NCBI GenBank assembly: GCA_963709585.1
Contig: CAVPXI010000014.1
Location: forward strand, 128,001 to 192,000
Direction: 5' to 3'
DNA: 64,000 bases
DNA from: Candidatus Dormiibacterota bacterium
GTDB lineage: Bacteria > Chloroflexota > Dormibacteria > Aeolococcales > Aeolococcaceae
Of the stretch, positions 34,083-44,357 are shown in pieces. The notes beneath the pieces were generated by a model. That model was not told the origin of the DNA. It searched no databases and saw nothing but the letters and a program-made list of their open reading frames with translations. Position 1 is the stretch's first letter, and each line of letters opens with the position of its first letter. The translations under genes were made by a program, and so were the position numbers.

Positions 34083-34276
34083 AAACTTGCGCGCTGGGGT
34101 GGCACGCGACGCTGTATCGTGGACGCGCATCAGAGCATTGGAACTCTGGCACAGGCCCGTCAGGGGCGTCCTGCCGCCGTCGGAAGATGCAGCGCCAGCG
34201 TAACCTCCGCGCGACCAGCCATCTCGGCGTGCCCACCATGCTTGGTGGGTGTGCTCAGTTGGAAGGCGTCTCAGCG

Positions 34277-36778
34277 GTGGATCTGACCACTGAGCGAGGG
34301 TTCCGTGCCGTCGACATGATCAGTCGGGCCAGGGATGCCCAAGAACTCATCGACGCTGTCCTTCAGGGCCTTACATCGCATGGTCTGCGAGGCTCGTGGG
34401 GCACGCTCCGTGGTGATGAGGTGGTCATGGCCGGCGTCGCGGTGCCTGACGATGACACCGCGCGCATCGAGGAGATACTTCGGGTCCCGCTCGGATCGAT
34501 GCGCTTCCAATTGGCAGCCTACGCATCGTTCGCAACGGCCGTGCGCCGGCGCACCACAACCATCGAGGAAGCGTTCCCGCACCGGATGATCTCGATGTTT
34601 CCGAATCTCACCGACGCAGAAAGGGCCGCAGTCCGGAAGCACCTGGGTCCTGGCCCGTTGATGGTCGCGCCCATCACCGACGACGACACGATCCTCGGTG
34701 TACTCCTTGCATGGGGTCCGGGCGTGGCATCGAAGAGACGTGTGGTCGAGAGTCTGGCGACGCTGGCGGGATTGGCATGGCACAGGGTGCAAGCACCCAC
34801 GGGGGCGGTTCGCGCACCCGACAAGAGGAGCGTCTTCCCGACCGGTGAGCTCGCGAACGCCATCGCCGAGCTCCTCTCCCCCGGCACCATGCGCGCAGCG
34901 CTCCAGCCCGTTGTCCGTCTACGGGATCGCACCGTGCTGGGCTACGAGGCACTCTGCCGCTTCACACCGCGTGGTGGCTTACGGACGCCTGACGACCTGT
35001 TCGCGGCCGTCATCATCACCGGCCAGAAGCTCGACGTCGACGCTGCCTGCTTGACCGCGGCGTTCGCCGCCGGGACCCAAACGCCGCCGGCTACCCTCTT
35101 CGTCAACGTTGCCGTGGAGACGCTGGTCGAAGGAAGCCCGGCTGGAGACCGCCTCTCGCGCATGACCGAGACTGCGGGAGTTGCTCCGGAAAACGTCGTC
35201 CTCGAAGTGAGCGAACGCACTCCGATCGGCGATCTCACGCGCTTGCGACAAGTCGTCGCTGAGCTGCGCGCACGCGGCTTTCGCATTGCCATCGATGATG
35301 CCGGCGCGGGCCACGCCAGCATGCTCGTTATCGCCGAGGTGCAACCCGAGTTCATCAAGATCGACCGGGAGCTGATCCATGGGATTGACGTCAGCGCCGC
35401 ACGGCGTGCGTTGGCGGTCTCGCTGCTCTCCTTCGGGGCGCATATCAACGCTCGTGTCATCGCAGAGGGTATCGAAACCGACGATGAGCTCCAGACGCTA
35501 CTGAGCCTGGGTGTTCAATTCGGCCAGGGGTGGCTCCTCGGCCGCCCCGTAATGGTCGCGCCGCCGCTGGATGCGACCAGCGTGGTGGCCGTCACGTCCG
35601 ATTGGTTCAAGGAGCAGCGCACCGCCTCGTTCAGAACCGTGGTCCTCGAGGTATCGCCTAACCACCTCGATGGCCGCAAGCCGGCAGCGCTTGAACCCAC
35701 TGGAAAACGGTCTGCTCTGCCCCGCGCCCTTATCAATGCCGCTGCGGCGCTCCAGTCGGAGCACGACCCAGCCGGCATTCTGCGGGTCATCGCTGAGCAG
35801 CTGCCATCCGTTGTCCCTGTTGACGCTGTCTATATCTATGCCGCCGACGAGAGTGACAACAGGTTCCTCCCGGTCTATGCCACGGGGAGCGAGGCCAAAG
35901 CGCGGATGGCATACGGCTACTCCATGGATCTGGGCGTGAATGGGTGGGCATTCAAGCTTGGAATACCGCAGTACGTGAAGGATGTCAGCGCACACCCTGC
36001 GACGATCACGATTCCTGGAACGCCCGTTGGCGAGGCCGAGTCGTACCTCATCATCCCCCTCATCGCTGGGGATCGGCGGCTGGGTGTGCTCGACTGCAGC
36101 CGGCTGGGCACCAATCGATTTACGAGCCGCGACTTGGAGGCAGCAGCGCTATTCGGTCACACGGCGGCTGCCGCATGGCGCAATGCTGAGCTCCACGCGG
36201 AGCTGACCGAGCGCGCCATCTTGGACCCTTTGACGGGTCTCCTTAACAGTCGATGGCTTCGCGAGGTCGGCGAGCGCGAAGTGTCTCAGAGTCTTCGCAG
36301 TGGTCAGTCGCTTGCGGTCCTGGTGCTCGACCTCGACCGGTTTAAGCAGATCAACGATACCGGGGGGCACAGTGCGGGTGACCTCGTGTTGCGCCGGGTG
36401 GGCACTGTGCTCACCGGCATGATTCGCGCCGGTGATGCAGCGGTACAACTCGGCGGCGAAGAATTCCTCATCGTTCTCCGTGATACCGACACGGCAGGTG
36501 CCGAACGGGTGGCGGCGGAGTTTCGCGATCGGCTCGCAGCAGTTCCTCTCCCCCGGAGCTGTCTGCCTCGCCGCAAGCTCACGGCTTCTGCTGGCGTCGC
36601 CGTGCTTCCTCAGAATGGGAGCGGCCTCTCCGAGTTGGTGAGGGCTGCGGATGTGGCCATGTATGAGGCAAAGCGCGCAGGTGGTGATCGGCACCAACTC
36701 AGTTCCCACCGCCCAAACAACCGGCCATCAGTGCGACACAACGGCAAGATCGCTGCTGCGGCTGTCTTGCCCCGCTGA
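34277..36778 (+). CDS. EAL-GAF-GGDEF cyclic-di-GMP enzyme
   Basis: GYEALCR, IDDAGAG, IAEGIET, a GAF domain, DPLTGLLN, LGGEEF. Confidence 0.88.
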   Translation: MDLTTERGFRAVDMISRARDAQELIDAVLQGLTSHGLRGSWGTLRGDEVVMAGVAVPDDDTARIEEILRVPLGSMRFQLAAYASFATAVRRRTTTIEEAFPHRMISMFPNLTDAERAAVRKHLGPGPLMVAPITDDDTILGVLLAWGPGVASKRRVVESLATLAGLAWHRVQAPTGAVRAPDKRSVFPTGELANAIAELLSPGTMRAALQPVVRLRDRTVLGYEALCRFTPRGGLRTPDDLFAAVIITGQKLDVDAACLTAAFAAGTQTPPATLFVNVAVETLVEGSPAGDRLSRMTETAGVAPENVVLEVSERTPIGDLTRLRQVVAELRARGFRIAIDDAGAGHASMLVIAEVQPEFIKIDRELIHGIDVSAARRALAVSLLSFGAHINARVIAEGIETDDELQTLLSLGVQFGQGWLLGRPVMVAPPLDATSVVAVTSDWFKEQRTASFRTVVLEVSPNHLDGRKPAALEPTGKRSALPRALINAAAALQSEHDPAGILRVIAEQLPSVVPVDAVYIYAADESDNRFLPVYATGSEAKARMAYGYSMDLGVNGWAFKLGIPQYVKDVSAHPATITIPGTPVGEAESYLIIPLIAGDRRLGVLDCSRLGTNRFTSRDLEAAALFGHTAAAAWRNAELHAELTERAILDPLTGLLNSRWLREVGEREVSQSLRSGQSLAVLVLDLDRFKQINDTGGHSAGDLVLRRVGTVLTGMIRAGDAAVQLGGEEFLIVLRDTDTAGAERVAAEFRDRLAAVPLPRSCLPRRKLTASAGVAVLPQNGSGLSELVRAADVAMYEAKRAGGDRHQLSSHRPNNRPSVRHNGKIAAAAVLPR

Positions 36779-36836
36779 TCTGACCAGGACGAACGAGGGA
36801 ACCCCACTCGGGGGATTCTCACCAGTATCCTCTTCC

Positions 36837-36900
36837 ATGCGCGTCCTAGTTCTCGGCGCGGGGTTTGGTGGTCTGGACAGCTGCGAACTCCTGAGCAACT
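36837..36900 (+). pseudogene. N-terminal remnant of an FAD-dependent oxidoreductase (SQR/Ndh-like)
   Basis: MRVLVLGAGFGGL, then similarity is lost just before the J3 arm. Confidence 0.55.
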
Positions 36901-36925
36901 TCACCCGTGCCGGATGGCTCAAGCC

Positions 36926-37187
36926 GTTGGGACTTCACTGGGACTCAGACACCATTGGGCGCGAGTAGGTCGCGCCGTTTGATAAGGCGAAGTTCCTTAT
37001 ATTGCAATGGAAAACCGGAGCGAGAGGGATTCGAACCCACGTGGCGGGTTACCCCACCAACCGCATTTTCAGAGCGTCTGAGCGGGGTGCACGGAGGGGC
37101 ATACGGGGGCACTCCGTATTCGAAATCGAAATGGAAAGGGCACCGCGGGGCAGGCGCGGGCAACCGCGTTGGGTCTCCGTTGGGTCT
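36926..37187 (-). mobile_element. att junction J3: tRNA-Ser 3' fragment (37016-37072) with both arms
   Basis: Core as in J1 but loop CTGAAAA; GTTGGGACT/CTGGGACT on the left; GTTGGGTCT at 37168 and 37179. Confidence 0.87.
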
Positions 37188-37243
37188 GGGATTAGGGGCA
37201 TTTCGTCCCTGGGGACTCCGGAGCTTAGAGGTTCTGGACGTTC

Positions 37244-37984
37244 TTATCCAGGTCGGTCTGACGTCCGCGCGCTTGACGCGTGCCGGGGGTCGGGGTTAGG
37301 GTCCAGTTCGGCCAAGTCGTCCGCGAGTTGGAGCGTTTCCTCTACATGTCGCTGCGTCAGGTCGGCCGCAGTCGGGATGTCGCGCGCTGCCAGCGCGGCA
37401 GCGATCCGACTGTGGCCAACACGGCTCGTCCTGCGCAGTCCACGATCGCGCAACACGATGGCTCGGTAGCGATCAGTTCGTGTCCACAGCTGCTCCAACA
37501 GATCAGCAAGAACTTCGTTGTGCGAGGCCGCATAGATGGACAGATGAAAGTCACGATGAGCGCGAAGCTGCGCGTGCAGGTCTCCGGCGTGTGACTGCCG
37601 CGCTAGCGCTGAGATCTCTCTGAGTTCTCGTGGGGTGGCTGATTCTGCGGCCAGGCTGGCAGCGAGCGGCTCAAGCCGCACGCGCGCAACGCACAACTCG
37701 CCGAGTTCGCGCCGCGTCAGGGGTAGGACGCTCACAACCCGGTGTGGGCGAAGCGCGATCAGCCCCTCGCCCTCGAGACGACGCAAGGCCTCGCGAAGCG
37801 GAGTGACAGACAGGCCCAGAGCGTTGGCGAGGCTCTCCTGGTTTATCGTCGATCCCGGAGCGAGCGTCCCCTCAAGTATCTGCGCCCGAACCTCGACATA
37901 GGCTGCTTCGGCCTTGGTCAGAGCAATAAGGGGAACCCTTGTATACGGCGACGAAATGGCCACCCTACGCTCCACGTCTTTCAT
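37244..37984 (-). CDS. GntR family regulator (FCD)
   Basis: LGLSVTPLREALRRLEGEGLI; HRDFHLSIY. Confidence 0.88.
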   Translation of the reverse strand: MKDVERRVAISSPYTRVPLIALTKAEAAYVEVRAQILEGTLAPGSTINQESLANALGLSVTPLREALRRLEGEGLIALRPHRVVSVLPLTRRELGELCVARVRLEPLAASLAAESATPRELREISALARQSHAGDLHAQLRAHRDFHLSIYAASHNEVLADLLEQLWTRTDRYRAIVLRDRGLRRTSRVGHSRIAAALAARDIPTAADLTQRHVEETLQLADDLAELDPNPDPRHASSARTSDRPG

Positions 37985-38066
37985 CTCCGAGCAACTGTTT
38001 ACACGAGCGTCGACGCTGGTGCGCTACCAGTCTATTCTCGCTCGGAGGTCCCATCGACCGATGACC

Positions 38067-39546
38067 TCACCGTCCAATGCCCTCCGCGCCCCTCCCCTGC
38101 CAAGGCCCCAGGTACTCAGCGAGCTCCGTCGCCACGGCCACGACCTGCGAATCGTGATAGGGGCGTCCGATGACCTGCACGCCCACTGGGAGCCCCTCAT
38201 CAGACTGGCCGCACGGAACAACCACGGTCGGAGCTCTGAGTAGCGTCACAACCCGACAGCAGCTCTCGATTTGAACTCCGTACAGGGTGTGTCGACCGAC
38301 CGTGAACTCGTCGGATCGCGGCGCAAAGGCTGGCACCGAGGCTACTGGCATGAGCAGAATCGGCCACTGCGCCATAAACCGATTGACCCGCAGTCGAATT
38401 TCGTCAGCTAAAGCGGTCAACCTTTGGAATTCCGTAAGTGTGCCTTCAGGACGAGACTCGGCCAGCCACCCGCGAACGTAGTCTGTCAATTCATCCTCGC
38501 GGCCCTGCCACAGACGTTTGTGGTCGGCGAGACCATCGAGGTTGCGGAGCGCGCGGTAGACGGACTCTGCCTCGTCCAGACCCGGCGGCCGCCGTTTGAT
38601 AACCCGAGCACCGCGATCAGCCAGCCCTTGGGCGGCGCGCTCGACCACCTTGACCACATCGGCGCGAACCGGGTGGCTACCGTCCCCGTCGCACCAGGCG
38701 ACGCCGACGCCGGCGGTGCTCTGACCCGCCGGTGATCCAAGTGGCACCGGCACGGCGTTGCCATCGACCCCATCGGGACCGGCCATCACCCCCAACAGCA
38801 CCCAGAGATCACGTATCGAGCGAGCAATCGGCGCAATCGTCTGCAGGCGCGCTTGCATCGATGCACTGTTTGGTGGAACCGGTGATGGAGAGGCTTCAAA
38901 AGGGAGTTGCCCGGTTCCCGGGACGATGCCAGGTGTTGGGCGAAGGGAGACCAGCCCAGTGCAATGGGCGGGTAGTCGAATGGACCCTCCGTAGTCAGTG
39001 CCAATGCCAAAGCCGACCATGTGGGCGCCCACCGCAGCCGCATCGCCACCGCTTGATCCTCCAGGGGAAAGTCGGTGGTCAAGAGGATTCAGAGTGTCCC
39101 CGAAAAGACGATTTCCGGTGTGGATTGCGAGCCCAAATTCGGGGCAGTTTGCCTTTCCAAGAAGAACGGCTCCGGCCGCGCTGAGACGCTCGACGGCTGT
39201 GGAGCCCCAGGGGGACGCGAAATCGCGCAAGATCAGGCTTCCGGCGGTGGCACGCACATCGCGTGTCGCGATGAGATCTTTGACCGTAAATGGGACACCG
39301 GCTAGCGGTCCCGGGTCGACGCCCCGAGCCGTCGCATCGTCGATAGATCTCGCCTGCTCCATCGCTCGATCATCAAGGCGCGTAACGATCGCATTTAAGA
39401 TTGGGTTGCTCGAACTCGACCTGCTCAATATGGGCGGTCAGTACCTCGACGGCGCTGATTTGGCGACGTTTGACACGCGCTGCAATCTCGACTGCCGACC
39501 AATCGACTGGCGATCCGTCGGCGCCGTCAGTGGGTGTCCGCATCAT
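38067..39546 (-). CDS. Amidase signature enzyme (frameshift at ~39414)
   Basis: GVPFTVKD, PGGSSGG, GTDYGGSIRLPA, GLPVGVQVIG. Confidence 0.9.
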
Positions 39547-39596
39547 CGCCCCCAGCAACCGCGAGACACCGCGAGTCGGGAATCGTCACCAGGTAT

Positions 39597-40322
39597 CTAT
39601 CCGCTCGCGTCGTCCCATGCAATTGCCCTGACGGGTGACCCGCTCGAGTTGGGCATCCGCAGAGGGAGCCCGGCGAACCGGACTCTCCGGCCAACAAGGG
39701 GCTCCAGGTTCGTCAATCCCTCAATGATATAGATACCGGCTGCCAGGCAGATCCGATGCGCGGGCCAAGGATCTTCGACGTCGGGGCGGTAGCACTCTCG
39801 AATACAGATCCCGTCATACACGTGTTCAAAGCCAAATGGCTCGACACCGACAGCGCGAATCCCTTTTTCGACTAACCATTGAGCGCCGCTGGGCGTCATG
39901 TAGGTCTGGTTCACAAGGTATTCGTCGAAGGTACCCGGTTGCTCAGCTGAATACACGAGGACGATGTCATCGTGTCGGACTTCCGGTTTGGCTTGATCGA
40001 GATCGTCGGCAGTAAGTCCCCGACCGCGCGCGAATGAACAGTCGATCACGACGGCCTCACCGAACAAACGGCCAAGGTCAACTTGGTCGACGGATGGCGC
40101 TCCGCGAACGATATGGCTCGGTGCATCGACATAAGTCCCAAAGTGGTCATTTAGCGTCCACTGGCACTGGGCTCCATTGTCGCCTTGCTCCCAGCTCCGC
40201 AACCACGAGAACTCGAGATCCTTGACCGGGCCGTCACCGACGGCGAGCTTGCCGGCGAGCGCCACAAGTGTGTCGTGGTTCATCGGTCGGGTGAGATCGT
40301 AGATTCGTGGCGCCCAGGCCAT
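39597..40322 (-). CDS. Cyclase family (kynurenine formamidase-like) protein
   Basis: HFGTYVDAPSH, IIEGLTNL, GSPVRAIA; own RBS and ATG at 40322. Confidence 0.82.
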   Translation of the reverse strand: MAWAPRIYDLTRPMNHDTLVALAGKLAVGDGPVKDLEFSWLRSWEQGDNGAQCQWTLNDHFGTYVDAPSHIVRGAPSVDQVDLGRLFGEAVVIDCSFARGRGLTADDLDQAKPEVRHDDIVLVYSAEQPGTFDEYLVNQTYMTPSGAQWLVEKGIRAVGVEPFGFEHVYDGICIRECYRPDVEDPWPAHRICLAAGIYIIEGLTNLEPLVGRRVRFAGLPLRMPNSSGSPVRAIAWDDASG

Positions 40323-40348
40323 CGTGCCTCTCCTTGTCGATCCGTTCT

Positions 40349-41498
40349 CTAGCTGACCGCGTCCCGGATATAGTCCATGGCCCGATCGACGTCTCGCCCG
40401 CGCCCACCGAATTGCATTCGAAAGTGACCGCTGAACTCCAAACGCGGACCCCGGCGCAATCGGAACACCGTAACGAACCACGAGAGTGTGCGCGAGCGCC
40501 TCGGCGTCGCCGTCATAGTGCGGGAACACATTGAGTCCACCGGCGGGTGGTGTGCACTGCAGTAAAGGGAGCGCATCAAACGCGCGCACAAGCCGGCGGG
40601 CGCGCGAAGCTGCTTCGGCGACCATCCGATCAACCCAACGGCGAGGGCCGGTTAGCGCGGCAAGCGCCGCCGCCTGGCTGGGCAGGCTGACGCAGAGAAC
40701 TGACCATTCCAAACACGCCGCGACCCGGCCGAAGAGGCTCTCGGGCATCACCGCATAACCAACGCGCATCCCGGGCATCGCGTAGTCCTTTGAGAACGAT
40801 CGTATGAGCACGGATGGGACCGTATTCTGCCCCAAGATCACCGGTGACACGTGGTGACGTCCGCCATATACAAAGTGCGACAACGATTCATCGCTCACAA
40901 GTATCAGCCCAGCATCATGAGCCAACTCGATCGCAGCCGCAATATCTCCGTGGTCAAAGACGTAGCCGGTAGGGTTCACCGGCGTGTTGACATAAAGAAT
41001 CTTCGTTCGTCGGCTGACGTACTCCCGAGCCGACGACCACGAGGGACGAAAGCCATCCTCAAACGGAGACGGAAACTGAACTAGGCGGGCCCCAGCCATT
41101 CTCACCAAGCCTCCGATGAAGAACCCTGGGGCGGGCATGAGAACCTCGTCACCTGGCCGGAGCACCGCTCGAAACACCAGATCTAGGGCATGCATGGCAC
41201 CGTTGGTCACCAGTACCTGATCGGTGCCGGCGGCAATGCCCTCGCCGCTCAGTGCGGTCGCGACCGCTTGCCTCAGCGACGCTTCGACGTACGATGGGGT
41301 GTAGCCCTTGGCGCCCATCGATGTGCTCACGGCCTCTCGAACGTGGGGCGGAAGCTCGACGTGAATCGAGCCGCCCAGATGCAACCGGTCGTCAGGGTGA
41401 TGCTCGTCGAGGAGGCGCTCAATTTGACGAGTGACTGGCTCTGTCGCGCCCTCTGTGCTCCACGTGTCTTCGGCCATCGTTTGTCCGAACCGTGCCAA
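40349..41498 (-). CDS. Class I/II PLP aminotransferase (frameshift at ~40435 fuses it artefactually to the cyclase)
   Basis: VTNGAMHAL, NTPVNPTG, SDES, SFSKDYAMPGMRVG; the corrected C-terminus GVSGHFRMQFGG ends at TAG 40349. Confidence 0.85.
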
Positions 41499-41500
41499 TC

Positions 41501-42919
41501 CTAGACCAACTCTTCGAAAGCGGCGCGCGCAATGCTCGCTTCAGCAGCTGCGAAGCGTTTGCGAAGCGCAAAGCTGACGCCGATACCGACGATGGCGTAA
41601 ATGACAACGACGAGTGGCAAGAAGTTGTAAGGCACAGATTCGGGACCACCGAAAGGACTCAGAGCCCACAGGGGGTATATGACCACCGCTGCGCCAACGA
41701 CCGGGAGAACAACATGGAGGATGGGATTGAAGAGGTGCTTAAGGCGCGTGCTGAAGACGATTACAGTCGAGAGGAGAATAAGGACATACACGGGCACCAT
41801 CGCAAATGTCAGAACCGTGCCGAGATACGCGTAGGTGTTCATTGGCCCAACCCATATTCCGAGCACGACGAAGAGGACCAGTGCGAGAGCCCCCTCTCCA
41901 ACGATTGCCACCACGGGAGTGCCAAATCGTGGAGAGACGGTTGCGAGAACCGATGGAAGGAGGCGGTCTCGCGCCATCGCATAATAGATACGCGACACCG
42001 CCAGAGTCGTCAGCAACAACGAGGCCGTAAAGCTCGTGACGCCGGCGACGTCGATGGCAATGCGGAACCCCGGCGCGAAGGTTTGTGCGAGGGAGTCATA
42101 CGGCGCGGCGTTCCCCACCAATCCAGAGATGTGATTGACACCAAAGCCGATAGTAGCCGCGTAGGCACCAAATGTTAGAAACACGCCACCGATGATCACA
42201 GCCGCAAAAAGAGCGATCGGGATCTAACTCCGTGGTCGGGACGCCTCCTCTCCCACCGTGGCCACCGCCTCGAAGCCAACGAAGGAGAGCACCCCGAAGA
42301 CCATGGCGCCGCCAATGGCGCCGAACCCTCCCGATGGGACCTCGAACGGAACGATGCTATTGCCGGCCGCGCCCCCCTTTGCGACCACGATGATGCTCAG
42401 AACCGTGACGATGATCAGCTCGGCAACTAGGATGACGAGCCCGATACGCACGGAAGGGCGCACCCCGAGAATGTTCACCGCAGTGACCAGCACAAGCAGT
42501 ATCAGGGCGAGCACGAGCCAATTAATGTCCACGCCGTACCGGGCCAGGATTGTCGCAACATAAACCCCAACGGCGGCGTACACGCCCGGAACCACCATAA
42601 ACGAGCCTGCGAGGACCAGCCAGCCGACCATGAAGCCGACGCGCTGGCCGAGGGCGCTACGGATCCACGAGTAGTATCCGCCGGCGCTCGCTTGATGTCG
42701 CGCGAGCTGTGCCATGCAAGACGCCACGATGAGCATCGCGATGGTCGAGAGGATGAACGCGAACGGCACCTGAGCGCCAGCAAACGACGCAGCGATCGGC
42801 GTATTGAAGTAGAGCGCGGCCGTCGGTGCATACGTAGCAGTCGCCATGGCAACTACGTCTGTTGCCGTCAGCGCATTCCGCCGGAGTGTGCCGCCCGAAA
42901 CCCCCGCCATTAGTCCCAT
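41501..42919 (-). CDS. APC family amino-acid permease with one in-frame TAG (42224-42226)
   Basis: SAGGYYSW, SFVGFEAVATVGEEA and SRIYYAMARD are all in one frame across the stop. Confidence 0.85.
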
Positions 42920-43182
42920 GAGATGCGCCCTCCAGGATCTTATGGACTATGACCTACATAGTAGAGATCTAGCCGAGGGTGGTCAAGGCACCCGCTCCAG
43001 CTTCGAAGGGCTACGTGTTGCAGCGTCTGTTGAGCGACGGTCGGCTGACGGCAGCGAAGGCGAGTGCTATTGCTCGGTCTCCTCCAGGCTAGTAGCTCCG
43101 AGACCGCCGATCGGCTCGTGACCCACGATCGGTGATGCCCTTCACCGTTTCGTAAGGGTGCCCAGGTACAAGTAGAGCCGTC

Positions 43183-43869
43183 ATGCCGCAGCCAACCCTC
43201 GACACCGATCTCCGCTCGCCCCTGCAGATCTGGTGGGAGGGCGGGCGGCGCAATGGCGCTGACGCGATGCGAGTGTTCGGAAACCGCGCCCTAACGTCGT
43301 GGGCGGGGTTGCTGCTGCTCCCGGGGTTGGCAGTGGTTACCCTCAGCGGCCTCGCCTTCGGCAACTACTGGCAGCTTCACTACATCGCCGGGCTTTCACT
43401 CATACCCCTCCTATTAGTGAAGCTTGGCGCCACAACCTACCGCGCTCTCTCGTACTACGCGCGGCGTGCTGTCTATCGCGCAGCGGGCGCGCCGGAGTGG
43501 GCCGGACGTCTCCTGGCCCCGGCCTTGATTGTGAGCACGATCATCGCTATGGCAACAGGGATATGGATGTGGTCGCAGCACAGTGAGGCACAGCCGTGGG
43601 CGAAACTTCATGTGCTCTCGGTTCTGGCAATGGGTGCCTGCGTGGGGCTCCACCTGCTGCTTCGTACCCCGATGTCACTGCAAGCAGTCGCGCGAGACGG
43701 AGTCGCGGCGCTTCGGCACAACGGGTCGCGCATCCGCATTGCCCTGGTCGGGATAGCACTCGCAATCGGGCTCATCGTTGGCGTGGGCGGCGGCGCCCGA
43801 TCCCCCTTTCCAAGCCGCGCAAACTCGAGCCGGGCCCGAGCGGTCGACTGCAGGCCATCCCGCCTCTGA
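43183..43869 (+). CDS. Membrane protein with His-bearing helices (cytochrome b-like)
   Basis: GNRALTSWAG, LHYIAG, YYARRAVYRAAGAP, KLHVLS. Confidence 0.55.
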   Translation: MPQPTLDTDLRSPLQIWWEGGRRNGADAMRVFGNRALTSWAGLLLLPGLAVVTLSGLAFGNYWQLHYIAGLSLIPLLLVKLGATTYRALSYYARRAVYRAAGAPEWAGRLLAPALIVSTIIAMATGIWMWSQHSEAQPWAKLHVLSVLAMGACVGLHLLLRTPMSLQAVARDGVAALRHNGSRIRIALVGIALAIGLIVGVGGGARSPFPSRANSSRARAVDCRPSRL

Positions 43870-44357
43870 CCTTGCGTCCGAGCCGCTCCATCCGGCAGCT
43901 GGCTCGCTTCCGTGGGCTGGCTTCGCACGAACGCAACGTGCCGCGCTCAGTGCGACGGCGTCAGAGCCATGAAGCATCCCGAACCGCCTGAACCTTGGCC
44001 TGACGGTGTCGATGTCGTGGTTCTCCCAGGGCCACATGCGTACTTCGAGGGATGCTTCGCCGCGGGTGCTGCAGGTCTGAGATCCGCGCCCACGCCGACC
44101 AACGGCGCGCTCAGCCGCGCTCTGCCCGAGCGCTCGTCATTCCGCCGTCAGAATCGTGGCATACCATCGGTACAATGGGCATAGGGCAGGGCCGTGGCGC
44201 CGGCAAACGGTCGCGATCTCGGCGCCGAGGCTCCTCCAGCCGCGCGGCGCCTGGCTCGCGCGACGAAACGACCAATCAGCGTGGTGAACGTGCCGAGCCG
44301 TCGACCGACCGCGACGGCGCATCCGCCCTGGGGGTAGCCGACGGTGCCGGCATAGTC

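Noticed and set aside
33896-34276. N-terminal 127 aa of the 960-aa ORF
   Set aside because: It reads through att junction J2; the real start is probably GTG 34277 or slightly later.
39597-41498. Novel aminotransferase-cyclase fusion (633 aa)
   Set aside because: It is created by a one-base insertion at GAACTC (40433); correction gives two normal genes, each with its own stop or start.
42224-42226. Pyrrolysine or readthrough recoding of TAG (and selenocysteine at TGA 62556)
   Set aside because: Both stops sit on the error-prone GAGTC motif and revert to ordinary Gln or Trp codons; no recoding machinery is visible.
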